This document shows positions 1 to 10,566 of a stretch of DNA of 64,000 nucleotides, piece after piece. Position 1 is the first letter of the stretch. Each line of letters begins with the position of its first letter. The position numbers were made by a program, and so were the translations under genes. The notes beneath the pieces are model-generated. The model ran no database searches, was not told the origin of the DNA, and saw only the letters and a program-made list of their open reading frames with translations. Source of the DNA: Naegleria gruberi (Eukaryota); the NCBI GenBank assembly GCA_000004985.1, contig GG738871.1, one strand, 5' to 3'.

Positions 1-44
1 GGTGAATAATTTTCAAACATCTAAAAATTACCACAACATCAAAA

Positions 45-2045
45 ATGAACCGCGTCCAACATCAAACCAAGAAGAAGAAAGTCTTTGTGGACAATAAAAA
101 CTCTGCCTTCTCTCAAAGAAACACTGACGATGCTGCATCCACTGAATCAAGTAATACTAGTGGTGCACCACCACCATCCGAACATCAACAACAAAAGCAA
201 CAAAAAAAGATGGCTTTTAAAAAGGTGAACAATAATAACAACAACAACACTGCTACATCAACAAGTGCTAGTGGCAGTGTAAGTAATAGTGCCATTAGCA
301 AATTTACTTGTTGTATTTGTTGTGAAGAATCAAGTGTTAGAACAATTTTCCAAACTTGTAACCATAGTGATGTCTGTCACAAATGTTCCTTGAGATTGCG
401 TGTTTTAAACAATGACAATCGTTGTTGCATTTGTAAGAACGCTTCAGAATGTGTCATTTTCTCACAGAGGCAAAACATCAAGTCATTCTCGGAATATACA
501 AAAGATGACTTGGTCTATGATGAAACATGGAAGGTTTATACAGATGATTATTTATTAATGAATGATATAACTTCTCTGAGAAGAATAGAATGTAGGCTGT
601 GTAAGGAAAGCGGTGTTACACTTGCTTTTGAAAATTCCAACCTTTTAAACAACCACATGAACGAGGTTCACAAACTCAACTATTGTGCATATTGTTTAGC
701 GAGTAGAAAAGTATTTTTGTGTGAACAGAAGCTTTATAATTGGAGCAATTTAATGAAGCATATTAGATTTGGTGAAGAGGATCCAAACTATGGTAAAATT
801 GAAGGACATCCTCTCTGTAAATTCTGTAATGTTAGATTCTATTCCGATGACGAAATCTTTGATCATATGTATAAGAGACACGAAAGATGTTTTATTTGTC
901 AAAAACATGGTGTTCAATTCGAATTCTATCATGATTATAAGCATTTGGAACGTCACTTTGATCAAAAGCACTTTTTATGTCCTCACAGTGAATGTAAAGA
1001 GGACGGGTTCAAAGTTTTTGAGAATGAATTGGAATTGATGGCCCACAAAAATAGATATCACTCTTCGACCACTAGTACCTCTAAGAAATCCAAGACTCAA
1101 AAATTGGATCTTTCAACACTTTCCACAACAACTCACCTTCCAACAGATGATGAAAGAAGGCAAGTAAGAACAGGTGAAATCAATTCATCTATCATTAGAT
1201 TTGTCGACACTGCTGGTGATGGTTATCACAATGACAATATTCATAAGAAACAACCAGGTGAATCATCTAACAATAAGAAGCAAAAACAAAAGAAGGAAAA
1301 GGAATCTAGCTCTGACTTTAAGGAGAAGAATAATCAACTTGTAAAAAAGATGAAAGAATTATTATCCGAGAATCAATTCCAGGATCTTAAGGTTCTGAGC
1401 AGTCAATTTTTGCGAGGTGACACACTTGCTAGCGAATACTACTCAAAGGTAATCTCAATGCTGGGTGAAGAAAAGACGAAGGATATTTTTGATTTGATGG
1501 TTGAAGCAATTCCACCACAAGACGAAAATAAGAAGAAAGCTCTTCTCTTAGCTAAGAATACCTATCATTCTGCTGAATTTAATCCAAATTTGGGTAAGGA
1601 GGATGCTAACACTACCTCTTCTCCTCAATCTTCATCTGATGCTACACCTCAAAATTGGCCAACCTTGAATAATGGCAATGGTAATGGCAATAATAACAAG
1701 TCCAAATCATCAGATCCAAATTGGAATCCTCAAAATCCTCAACCAACTCCAAATCAACAATCAAAAAAGAAGAATAAGGGACCAATTGCTCACAATATTA
1801 CAAGAAATCCTGATCTGTTATGGGGTGTTCAAACATCTACTGCTCCATCAGGATTGAATAAGGAAATGGAATTCCCAACATTACCAACAGCACCATCATC
1901 TTCTAAGAGTTCAAAGAAAGCAAATTCTAATTGGACCAAACCTCTCAAAGAAGAAAAGAAAAATAGTAACAGTCCATACTCTGAATTCGGAAACATCAAG
2001 GTTTATAAATTCAGTGAGAGTAAGAAGAAAAATAAGAATAAATAA
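45..2045 (+). CDS. ZNF598/Hel2-type RING + C2H2 zinc-finger E3 ubiquitin ligase (ribosome quality control)
   Basis: Single 666-aa ORF. The N-terminal RING (CCICCEE..CNHSDVCHKCSLRLRVL..CCICK) is followed by C2H2 fingers. The block HPLCKFCNVRFYSDDEIFDHMYKRHERCFICQ...KHFLCPHSEC matches the conserved ZNF598 core almost residue for residue. Confidence 0.8.
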   Translation: MNRVQHQTKKKKVFVDNKNSAFSQRNTDDAASTESSNTSGAPPPSEHQQQKQQKKMAFKKVNNNNNNNTATSTSASGSVSNSAISKFTCCICCEESSVRTIFQTCNHSDVCHKCSLRLRVLNNDNRCCICKNASECVIFSQRQNIKSFSEYTKDDLVYDETWKVYTDDYLLMNDITSLRRIECRLCKESGVTLAFENSNLLNNHMNEVHKLNYCAYCLASRKVFLCEQKLYNWSNLMKHIRFGEEDPNYGKIEGHPLCKFCNVRFYSDDEIFDHMYKRHERCFICQKHGVQFEFYHDYKHLERHFDQKHFLCPHSECKEDGFKVFENELELMAHKNRYHSSTTSTSKKSKTQKLDLSTLSTTTHLPTDDERRQVRTGEINSSIIRFVDTAGDGYHNDNIHKKQPGESSNNKKQKQKKEKESSSDFKEKNNQLVKKMKELLSENQFQDLKVLSSQFLRGDTLASEYYSKVISMLGEEKTKDIFDLMVEAIPPQDENKKKALLLAKNTYHSAEFNPNLGKEDANTTSSPQSSSDATPQNWPTLNNGNGNGNNNKSKSSDPNWNPQNPQPTPNQQSKKKNKGPIAHNITRNPDLLWGVQTSTAPSGLNKEMEFPTLPTAPSSSKSSKKANSNWTKPLKEEKKNSNSPYSEFGNIKVYKFSESKKKNKNK

Positions 2046-2155
2046 TCAATTTGTTTTTTAAAATCCAATCAATTTTTGCTTATTTCATCACCACTTAAAG
2101 CTGCCTTGTTCGGACATTTTACATCAATTTTTCACCAAAATCAGATTTAAAAAAA

Positions 2156-3792
2156 ATGTTCGAAAGAGTTGATGAGAATATTAATGCTTTTTCTTGGCGT
2201 CAACAGGCTGAGTATTTTAAAGTGTTTGTTCCTCTTCCGAATCCAAACCTTAAATCCAAGGATTTAATTGTAGATATTTCATCAAAACATATTAGAGCAA
2301 GCATAAGGGGAGGTGCTGTTTTTGTTGATGTACGTTAATTTAAAATGTTTTGAAAAAACTAAACCGAAACTATCGGAAATGTTATTTGTTATTATAGATT
2401 GATTTGGCAATAGAGATTGTACCAACTGATAATGATTGGACATTAAAAAGAGGACACATTGTTTTTAAATTAACAAAACAATCTCCTATCGATCTTAAAT
2501 TCTCCTTCTATTCACCAATACAATTTTCTAATGAAGAATGCACAGAATTTAAAGATCAACCTGCTCCACTTCAAAATGAAACAAAGAGTGATTATTTCAA
2601 TTTGGTCCGTAGTGATATTATTGATTGTCATGCAAAATATGTAACAATGTGTGAGGAGTTTGAAAAGTCAACATATCCACAGGACATGGATGAACAAACC
2701 AGAGAACAAAAAGCAGAGGAATTATTTAAAATTGCAACAAAGGAAGAGGAAGATACAGATAACCTTTTGGAAGTTTTTAATATGTATAGGGAAGCAGCAG
2801 ATTTAGGACATGGGCCTTCTAGAGAAAAATTTGCAAGACTTTGTCTTATTGATGAAAATAATGAATTCGGAATTGATTCATCTCCTGAATTAGCATTTAA
2901 TTATATGAAAAAGGCAGCTATTGAAAATGGTTCTCATACAGCCTTATTCCAACTCGGAAATTACTTTATGAAGGGAATAGGAACAGAAAAGAATTATGAA
3001 AATGCTTTAATTTGTTTTGTTGAGCATACAATTATTGACGGAAATCCAACATCAATGTTTAATATTGGAGTTCTTTATCATGAAGGAGGTTCGGGTGGAA
3101 ATGGACAATCATTCAAAAAGGATTATAAAAAAGCATACGTGTGGTGGAAAATTGCATTAAACCGTGGTCATGCATTATCAGCTTACAATATTGGAATTTT
3201 ATTAAAAAGTGGAGATGGAGTTGATAAGAGCTTAGTGAAAGCATTTCAATATTTTAAACTTGCCAATTTCATGAGTGAAAAAATTCAAATTCCAACTGAT
3301 GTTCTAATTGCAATTCAAGAACAACAATTTAATGTATTTAAAGGAGAAGAAGAAATAGAACATGATTCCCCAACAGATAGCAATCAAATAGACGAGAATG
3401 AAGAAACTAGAAATATGGATTTCATGGATGAAAAGCCATTTAAAGAATTGGAAAAGAACCTAGTTTCAGAAGAGGAAGAAGATGAGGAATACGTCGATGA
3501 AGAACTAGATATTACCTCTAAATCAAGTCAAAGAAGTAGATCACCATTCAATCCACAAAGCCAAGATGCAACTCTTGAACAAGATAATGAGGACATGGAA
3601 GAAATTCTAAGACAATTATCAGAAAGTAATGGAAAAGTTTCTCCAAAAACAACATCAAGGAATAATAATGAAACAACTACTTCAACCAATCCTGAACCAA
3701 GCATTGGGTGGAAGGTAGCAGAATATGCTCTGACAATAGGTGCTGTTATTGGAATGGGCTTTTTACTAAAGAAATCCACAGAATTTCACTAA
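2156..3792 (+). CDS. CS (p23/HSP20-like) domain + Sel1/TPR-like repeat protein with C-terminal transmembrane tail anchor; two exons 2156..2329 and 2398..3792
   Basis: Exon 1 ends at GAT|GTACGT. The 68-nt AT-rich intron ends in ttattatag, and the reading frame continues in phase 0 (VFVD|IDLAIEIVPTDNDW...). Sel1-like repeats span LGNYFMKG...NIGVLYHEGG...YNIGILLKSG. The C-terminal hydrophobic segment is IGAVIGMGFLL. Confidence 0.6.
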
Positions 3793-3913
3793 ACTAAAAA
3801 CTGAGGGACTTTGAAAGGACAACAACAAGGCACACATTTTTGAAAGAAGAGTATCTTCTGATTATCAGGCTATATTCTACACAATAAATTTTACCATTAA
3901 TATTATCCAGTCA

Positions 3914-5797
3914 TTGGACATAAGTCCTGGAAATTCATCAACATGCTTTCGTGTTATTTGTTTTTCGATCATTTACAAAAAAAATAGCAACACCAGAATG
4001 TCTTCTTCCCTTCTCTCATCAAATAAAAACACCATTTCCTTGTACGATTGTAATGATGATGGAGAGGATGTACTCTACAATATGATCAGACAAAACAAAC
4101 CAAAAGAATTTTACAAATTATTATTCTATCATGCAGTACAAACAAATTTTAAATATTCAGCTGCCATCAGTTATTTAAAACAATTAATTAAATTATTAAA
4201 TAATAATACTATATTTACTAAACCTACTACGCCTAGTAAAAGTGCACCATCGGAAAATGATGTTTTTGACCAAACAATGAATTTGGAGAAGATAATCTAT
4301 TTGAATAGGAATATTACTTTTGACTTTAAAGTTAAAAATTTGAATTTTCTAAATAGTATTGTGTATTTCCTATTTTTAAATTATTATAGTAAAACAGCAT
4401 TGATCTTGTTTTTGGAAGCAATTATGGAAAGTATTGAAAAACATAAACATACTAGTGTTGATTATTTAATTATTGGTCAAGGATTAAGAACAAATTATCA
4501 AAATAAGAAGGCAAAATATTATTTCAAGTTGTCACACCAATTAGACAAACTAAACTTTATATTGTACTTGTATTTATCAAATGTGAATAGATCTAAGGGT
4601 TATAGTATTTATCAGAATAGATATATTGAACTTGGATTATTCAAAATATCACAAGAGATTAGACTGATTGAACAATATAAAAATAGTGGAGACTATTTAC
4701 AAAATTATATAATTAATCAATACGAAAAACAATTGAATGAGATATACAATATTCTATACTTAAACAAGTGTGTAAATCTTAAAACTGAGCCCTTGTCAAA
4801 GGTTATGGAAATATCTCACAAGTTAGTTTTTCAATCCAATGACTCATATCTTGCATGGTTTTATATTGCATTCTTTTATGGATTTGAAATATGGGATTTG
4901 ATTAAACCAACTGATGGACATGATGATATCAAGGATGTACCACTTACTGATGGAAATGTTACTCTGAAGGGTATTTCTGATATTCAAAATATATCAGAAA
5001 TTTATGAAATTTCATTGTATTATTTTAGAAAGTCCTTCAAACATTTATATTATCCACATGCAGACATTTATTTACCACTTATCTTTGAAAATATTGGTAT
5101 GATTTATGAGAATGATGATAATTTCGAAAAAGCAGCCAAATATTACAACAGTGCATGTGTTATTGGAGAACAAACACAACATTATTGGGCTTTTTCTTCT
5201 CGTCTTTCATTCAACATTTATAGAATTAATAACTTTGCACATGCCTATTATGATGCAGTAGTTATATTGGAAAATTGTATATTAAACAGACCAATAGAAG
5301 ACATGTCATTTGCATCTCATCACTTACTTAAATTATTGGAGTGTTTCTTAACTATTGCAAATGTTGAGGATGTCAAGAAGGTTATAAAATCAACCAGAGA
5401 ACCACTCAATATTTTGGATATGGTTAATAATATACAAATAGAAGAGCATGAATTGGACGATGAAAATATCTTGATTAAGAAATATCCAAATTTAATGGTT
5501 TATTCACCTCCAAACATTACTGGTACTGCCAATATTTCTAGTGAGGAAGATATTTATAAGATATTGAGTAATATCAAGGCAAATGAATATTTTTTGAGAA
5601 TTCCATTGTATAGCACCAGAAGTAGATTAACTGAACAAGAAAAAGTTAAAATAATTCAAGATTGTAAATATATTGAATCAGAGGAATTGGAATGGTTTAT
5701 TTCAGAAGATGCCGACTTTAGAGATGTCAATGATAATATCAGGAAGGAATATAGTGAATGGCTTTACCATTCACAGAAAACGAACAGATCTAATTAA
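3914..5797 (+). CDS. hypothetical N/Y/I-rich protein with TPR-like C-terminal region; start codon uncertain (alternative ATG at 3998)
   Basis: Long uninterrupted ORF of 627 aa with AT-biased codon usage. I recognised no catalytic motif. Confidence 0.45.
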   Translation: MDISPGNSSTCFRVICFSIIYKKNSNTRMSSSLLSSNKNTISLYDCNDDGEDVLYNMIRQNKPKEFYKLLFYHAVQTNFKYSAAISYLKQLIKLLNNNTIFTKPTTPSKSAPSENDVFDQTMNLEKIIYLNRNITFDFKVKNLNFLNSIVYFLFLNYYSKTALILFLEAIMESIEKHKHTSVDYLIIGQGLRTNYQNKKAKYYFKLSHQLDKLNFILYLYLSNVNRSKGYSIYQNRYIELGLFKISQEIRLIEQYKNSGDYLQNYIINQYEKQLNEIYNILYLNKCVNLKTEPLSKVMEISHKLVFQSNDSYLAWFYIAFFYGFEIWDLIKPTDGHDDIKDVPLTDGNVTLKGISDIQNISEIYEISLYYFRKSFKHLYYPHADIYLPLIFENIGMIYENDDNFEKAAKYYNSACVIGEQTQHYWAFSSRLSFNIYRINNFAHAYYDAVVILENCILNRPIEDMSFASHHLLKLLECFLTIANVEDVKKVIKSTREPLNILDMVNNIQIEEHELDDENILIKKYPNLMVYSPPNITGTANISSEEDIYKILSNIKANEYFLRIPLYSTRSRLTEQEKVKIIQDCKYIESEELEWFISEDADFRDVNDNIRKEYSEWLYHSQKTNRSN

Positions 5798-5809
5798 AAA
5801 TTACACAAT

Positions 5810-7141
5810 TTACTTTTTTTTCTTGAAAACATAGTGAACAAACAACATTTGATCTTGAATTTCCTTCTCAAGAACTTCAAATAAAGAGCTAGGCAAATTG
5901 ATTTCATTCATATCTGATCTAACATTAAGAGTATTGTTAATTTCATCGAGTGTAGAGCAAATATAATTCTTTGCAGAGCTGTCAATCACACTACTTGTAG
6001 ATTCTTGCATATCACCAAGAATTTCGAATGCAATTTCAATCTTGGTTTTCTCCAATTTTTGAGTTTCGTCAATGACAGTTGAACCCTTCTTTGGAAGCTT
6101 TGCAATGAGTTCACAACATTCCCTGTAAAAGATACATTTCTCCAATACACTATACTGTTCACCCATATTATTCTTTTCACAATGTTCTCTGAAAAGTTGT
6201 CTCTTTGTTGGATCTTTCATTGTTTCTGCTAATAATTGTGAGTTGAGTGATTGAAGTGTATTCTTTGCTAATCCATCCTTTCTAACCATCATTATAAACA
6301 CAACTATAGTCACTGGAATAATGATAATCAATGAAATTGAAATAATTATCAAATTTGCAATACTTGATCTCACAACATAATCATCGAGAAATTGACCAAC
6401 TGAAGTAACCGATTGATGAAACTTTTCATACTGAGCATTCCAATCATTGAGTGCAGCTTGATACTCTGCCGAATAAAACAAACTCTGAGCTAGTTCAAAT
6501 TGATTGTTTTTCGTATAATTCATCAACATTTCATAATAGGGAAACATTGGAACATTCGAAGTCGAATCAGTTCCATTCAATATAGTCCACTTGAACCCAG
6601 TTGGCAAATTAGTTAAGATATTCTTGAAAGAGTTCTTGAAATTCTTGAGATTTGACGTAAATCTCGAATTGGTGGAATTATCTCTTCCAAGCACTGACCA
6701 CTTCATCGTATCCCATAAAACTGTATTGAAATACTTGGCATCACCACGAGCTATGAGAATTTCAATAGAAGTATTATTGGAAGTCAAATAGGTATTGATT
6801 GTGAGGCCAATCAAGGCAAAGAATGCAATAATATTGAAAAATAAACTTCCCAATGTAATAATTCTGAAATAGTTACATGATCTTTTCAATTTTTTAGTGT
6901 TTTGGGAAACTATCATGGGAAGCTGGTTGTTATTGGTGGAGGAAGATTGGATTTTAGACATGTCAGCTGTTGTGGTGTCCAAAGTTTTGGGAGATGTTGG
7001 ATCAAAGTTTGCTTCATCTTTTAATTCAATTGCTTCATAGTCCATTTCGTCTACTGCCACACAACTGGCATTGTCATCATTGTCTTGTTGAGTTGTGTCA
7101 TCTTGATTGTGTTGTGGAGATTCTTCCATTTCCTGAGACAT
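5810..7141 (-). CDS. two-pass membrane protein: TM1 - ~200 aa N-glycosylation-rich extracellular domain - TM2 - C-terminal RGS (regulator of G-protein signalling) domain
   Basis: Two hydrophobic helices are present: FFNIIAFFALIGLTINTYL and LIIISISLIIIIPVTIVVFIMMV. The C-terminal ~130 aa carry an RGS-like signature (QLFREHCEKNN..EQYSVLEKCIFY...IAFEIL...LFEVLEKEIQDQMLFVHYVF). It is a paralog of 7438..8580. Confidence 0.6.
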   Translation of the reverse strand: MSQEMEESPQHNQDDTTQQDNDDNASCVAVDEMDYEAIELKDEANFDPTSPKTLDTTTADMSKIQSSSTNNNQLPMIVSQNTKKLKRSCNYFRIITLGSLFFNIIAFFALIGLTINTYLTSNNTSIEILIARGDAKYFNTVLWDTMKWSVLGRDNSTNSRFTSNLKNFKNSFKNILTNLPTGFKWTILNGTDSTSNVPMFPYYEMLMNYTKNNQFELAQSLFYSAEYQAALNDWNAQYEKFHQSVTSVGQFLDDYVVRSSIANLIIISISLIIIIPVTIVVFIMMVRKDGLAKNTLQSLNSQLLAETMKDPTKRQLFREHCEKNNMGEQYSVLEKCIFYRECCELIAKLPKKGSTVIDETQKLEKTKIEIAFEILGDMQESTSSVIDSSAKNYICSTLDEINNTLNVRSDMNEINLPSSLFEVLEKEIQDQMLFVHYVFKKKK

Positions 7142-7437
7142 ATTTTTTTAAAGTTATTCGAAAGGGCTTTTATTAATATTAATGAATGACTTGTGGATGT
7201 AAACACCCAGAAATGTGCATGATTATTTCTGTCATCACTTGCCATTAAGAGAAAGCACCTTACTTTGATGTTTTTTATTACGCTCGATAGTTTCGTATGA
7301 AATCTTAATTTGTATCTGCACTGTCTTTAGTTTGCCCATTTTTCTGACACTTTGATAACATCAAGGGCTTTAGATTCTTCACATCTCCCACAATTGACCA
7401 TTTCATTGCATCTCAAAAAAAAAACAAATCAAAAAGA
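7142..7437. promoter_or_regulatory. ~300-bp shared divergent (bidirectional) promoter region between the two paralogous TM-RGS genes
   Basis: The start codons lie at 7141 (minus) and 7438 (plus). The intervening segment is non-coding and AT-rich. Confidence 0.4.
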
Positions 7438-8580
7438 ATGGCTCAAACTATTGGCGGGAAATCTGCAGCTGCTTTCACACAAACCTCCAGAACATCAAAA
7501 TTTAGTAAAGGAACAATTTCTTCATTGAGTTTTAAAATTCGATTGTGTTGTGGGGTTTTAGAACTTGACTGCATGCGATTACTGTCTCTAATTAGTTTAT
7601 TTATTAACATTTCAGCATTTATTATTGTTGCTGGTGTAACCATTGACATGTTTTCGATAACTAATCAATCCTATTCGAAAGTATTAATTGCGAGGGGAGA
7701 TGCTTTAAATTCAAATGAACTAATGATTGATATTGTAAGAGTTGGAGCATTATCCAGAAATAATTCAGAGATTGACAAGTGGTATTCGTATAGAGATCAG
7801 ACAATTGAGGCATTGAATCGATTTTTCAAATATGTTGATCCATCTGTCAATACTACAAATTTCAATTCTGGAAGTAGAAATGGACGAGACATGTATACGA
7901 TTCCATTGATGGAGGAAATTATTTCACACCTGAAAAATCAACAATACGAAAGTGCACTAACTTTGTATCAGGGATTTACTTATCAGAATTTAACTGCCAC
8001 CTGGTTTAAACAACAATCGGCTGTGTTTAATTTGGTAAAAACAGAAGGAAGAGGACAAGATGATTTAGTTTTGAATTCGTCTACTTCAAATTTGGTGGTG
8101 GTTAGTGTTTGTCTTGCAATTGTTATTCCAATTGTTGTTCTAATGACTTGTTTGAATATTCGAAGGGAATCAACCATATCCGAAACTCTTCATAATTCTA
8201 GAGCTATTCAATTATTGGATACAATGAATGATCCAATGTATTCTAAATTCTTCAAACAAGCATGTGTTTCAGAGAAAATGTTGGATTCGTACATGTTACT
8301 TTCTCAAATTCTGGAATTTAATCAAATTCAAGACGAAACTGAGCAGAGAAATAAGGCTCAGTATATTTATCAAACCTATCTTGCAACTACAAGAAGGGTT
8401 CCATTCAAGTTTGTAAGCAAAACACTAATTGCCAACATTTACAAGGATTTACAGGAATCATCATTGCCAGAAAAGGCAATTCGAGTCAGTGTGTTTAGAG
8501 AACTTGAGGCGTGCATTTGTGAGGAATTAATTCCGGTTCATAGGATGTTTATGAAGACAATTAAGGATACTGGTAAATAA
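7438..8580 (+). CDS. paralogous two-pass membrane sensor-RGS protein (TM1 - extracellular domain - TM2 - RGS domain)
   Basis: It has the same architecture as 5810..7141. Conserved blocks are LIARGDA, NQQYESALTLYQGFTYQNLTATW versus NNQFELAQSLFYSAEYQAALNDW, the TM2 helix, and (D/E)TM(N/K)DP immediately before the RGS domain (AQYIYQTYLATT..VPFKF...VSVFRELEACICEELIPVHRMFMKT). Confidence 0.6.
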   Translation: MAQTIGGKSAAAFTQTSRTSKFSKGTISSLSFKIRLCCGVLELDCMRLLSLISLFINISAFIIVAGVTIDMFSITNQSYSKVLIARGDALNSNELMIDIVRVGALSRNNSEIDKWYSYRDQTIEALNRFFKYVDPSVNTTNFNSGSRNGRDMYTIPLMEEIISHLKNQQYESALTLYQGFTYQNLTATWFKQQSAVFNLVKTEGRGQDDLVLNSSTSNLVVVSVCLAIVIPIVVLMTCLNIRRESTISETLHNSRAIQLLDTMNDPMYSKFFKQACVSEKMLDSYMLLSQILEFNQIQDETEQRNKAQYIYQTYLATTRRVPFKFVSKTLIANIYKDLQESSLPEKAIRVSVFRELEACICEELIPVHRMFMKTIKDTGK

Positions 8581-8657
8581 TCTTGTAAAAACTCCATTCA
8601 CTCGTTTTGGTTTTATTACTTTCTTTTATGGTATTATACTTTTTTGGTAACTAGTTA

Positions 8658-9814
8658 TCACTTGAAATTGAAAACCATATCAGTCAACCGCCTGTCTGTT
8701 TTCATTCGTGACATTTTTTGAGTTGAAAACTTTTTATGGATTGGCAATGGGAGAATAAACGTCTTGTCAACTGAAATGGTTTCTGAAATACTTTCACTAT
8801 CCGTATTAAATCCAACAATTAATCCTCGATTCAACAAACAAAAGTGAAGATTTCTTGATAAAGCTAAAAATTTCAAGAATTTTGCTCCTTTCAAGTTTTC
8901 AAACTTGTTCTCCAAGCTTTGAATTGAGATTTCTTGAATGCGTCGATCTTCATCTTGTGAGCAAGTGATTAGTTCAGATTCAGTCAATATAAGAACATGA
9001 TATCTCATTTCACTAAAGCCAATTGCTATTACTATTTCACATTGATCAATTAGAATGCATAAGAACAAACCTCCTTACCTTCTTCTTTTGGATTCTTATA
9101 TTCTATTGGCTTTGTGAAAAATGAAATATTTGTTAAAACCATTCCTTCATGTTGGTTTTCTTTAACAGTAAATGTAGTTAATCCAGCTGATGATATGGCA
9201 TGGAGTTTTGCATCCAAGGACCAACAATCCAAACATTTGACATCTGGCATGGTTTTAAAAATTGACATACCCTTCCCGGTCCATGCTATGCAGAAAAGAA
9301 GGGACATTCTTGGACAGGTCACAAATTTCACTTTGCCCACACGTTCTCGATACTCTTGAGGAAGGAGGTCTATAAGTGACAAGTCTCCTCTATGTGTTAT
9401 TGTAAATTGATCTCCAAGTCTTATTACTACAACTCTTCCACTCTCCATAATCACTAACAATGTGTGCTGGTAAGTATTCAGAAGAACTTTACAAATATTT
9501 CCACAATTCGAAACATGACTTGATAAATCTGCAAATATCTTCAAATCACTATTTGCAACGACTTTCAATTCATTTCTACTCCAAGAAATCACGAAATCTG
9601 AATTATATTCCAAAAAACCAAACACTTTATCGGAATGTATCTGTTCAATATAAAGATTATATTTTAAATTTTCTAATTGACCAGAAATATTGTGGCAAGC
9701 AATACACGATACTGAACCATCTTCATGTCCAATAAATAAATAACAATTTTTATCATCTGTTATTTTAGTGGCAAAGAATTGAGTGATTGGAGAGTGTGGT
9801 GGTGATTCGAACAT
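8658..9814 (-). CDS. hypothetical protein (no recognisable domain); two exons 9079..9814 and 8658..9030
   Basis: The donor AAGAAG|GTAAGG and acceptor gaaatag| define a 48-nt intron (9031..9078). The two frames join in phase to give ...NPKEEVIAIGFSEMRYHVL... Confidence 0.5.
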
Positions 9815-9857
9815 TTTTTAACAAATCATCTTCCAGTACAACCAATCATGAACAAGC

Positions 9858-10440
9858 TTATTGGTTATTATTGGCTACATTTCCTCCATTTTGAACTGCC
9901 AACATATTGATGTAGTTAATGTAATTGATTTTTCCTGTATTTTCTGGGTCAACATTAGCAAGCAATTCGGTTGCTTCCTGTAGAGTGATTGGGTTGTCTC
10001 CATAAGTTGTCAGAGCATGTTCCAAAGTTTTGGTTCTTACTACACCATAAGGGCAATCCTCGGTTTCAAAAGTTTTAAATGCATTAATATATTGATCAAC
10101 TGTGTATTGTGATTGAACACTTCTCGACATGACAGCAACAAATTCCTCAAAATCAATAGCTCCTGAATTATCAGCATCACTATCAACATAATAAATAAAA
10201 TAATAATAAGGAAACCTACGCTTCCTTCATCATTTCCTGAATTTCTTCCTCCGAAGGCTTCAATCCCAATGTTCTCATTAATGTACCTAATTCTTCCTGT
10301 TCGATTGATCCACCTCCATCTCTATCGACAAGTTGAAAAATTTCTCTATATCTTCTTACATCTTCGTCCGAAACTTGATGACCAAGCACCGTTGATTCAG
10401 CTTTTGAAGTTGGTGCAATGTAGCTTTGTTTTTTCTTCAT
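9858..10440 (-). CDS. EF-hand calcium-binding protein (calmodulin/centrin/myosin-light-chain-like); exons 10221..10440 and 9858..10179
   Basis: The loop DRDGGGSIEQEEL sits in exon 1. A 41-nt intron (GTAGGT...ttgatag) is followed by DADNSGAIDFEEF in exon 2. A further EF-hand follows (DPENTGKINYINY). Confidence 0.7.
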
Positions 10441-10469
10441 TTTTTTTCTAATTTTATTTCTGTAATTTG

Positions 10470-10483
10470 AATGGCGCCAAAAC
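10470..10483. promoter_or_regulatory. E2F-like half-palindrome ATGGCGCCAAAA ~30 bp upstream of the EF-hand gene start
   Basis: The GGCGCCAAA core is read directly. It belongs to the recurring motif family listed in the findings. Confidence 0.35.
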
Positions 10484-10566
10484 TCCCATATTCTTAATAT
10501 TTTCTTTAGCAATACTTGTATTTACAAAATTTTCGTTAGTGATTATTTATTAAATACTCGGTTAAT

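Noticed and set aside
750-1038. ORFs of 73-89 aa on both strands inside the ZNF598 coding region (750..971 minus; 769..1038 plus)
   Set aside because: They lie wholly inside a well-supported long ORF, in other frames. Their composition is typical of frame-shifted AT-rich coding sequence.
9806-9826. tRNA T-arm-like string GTTCGAATC on the minus strand
   Set aside because: It is simply codons 1-4 (ATG TTC GAA TCA) of the 8658..9814 gene. No acceptor stem or anticodon arm can be built around it. I found no tRNA, rRNA or snRNA genes in the window.
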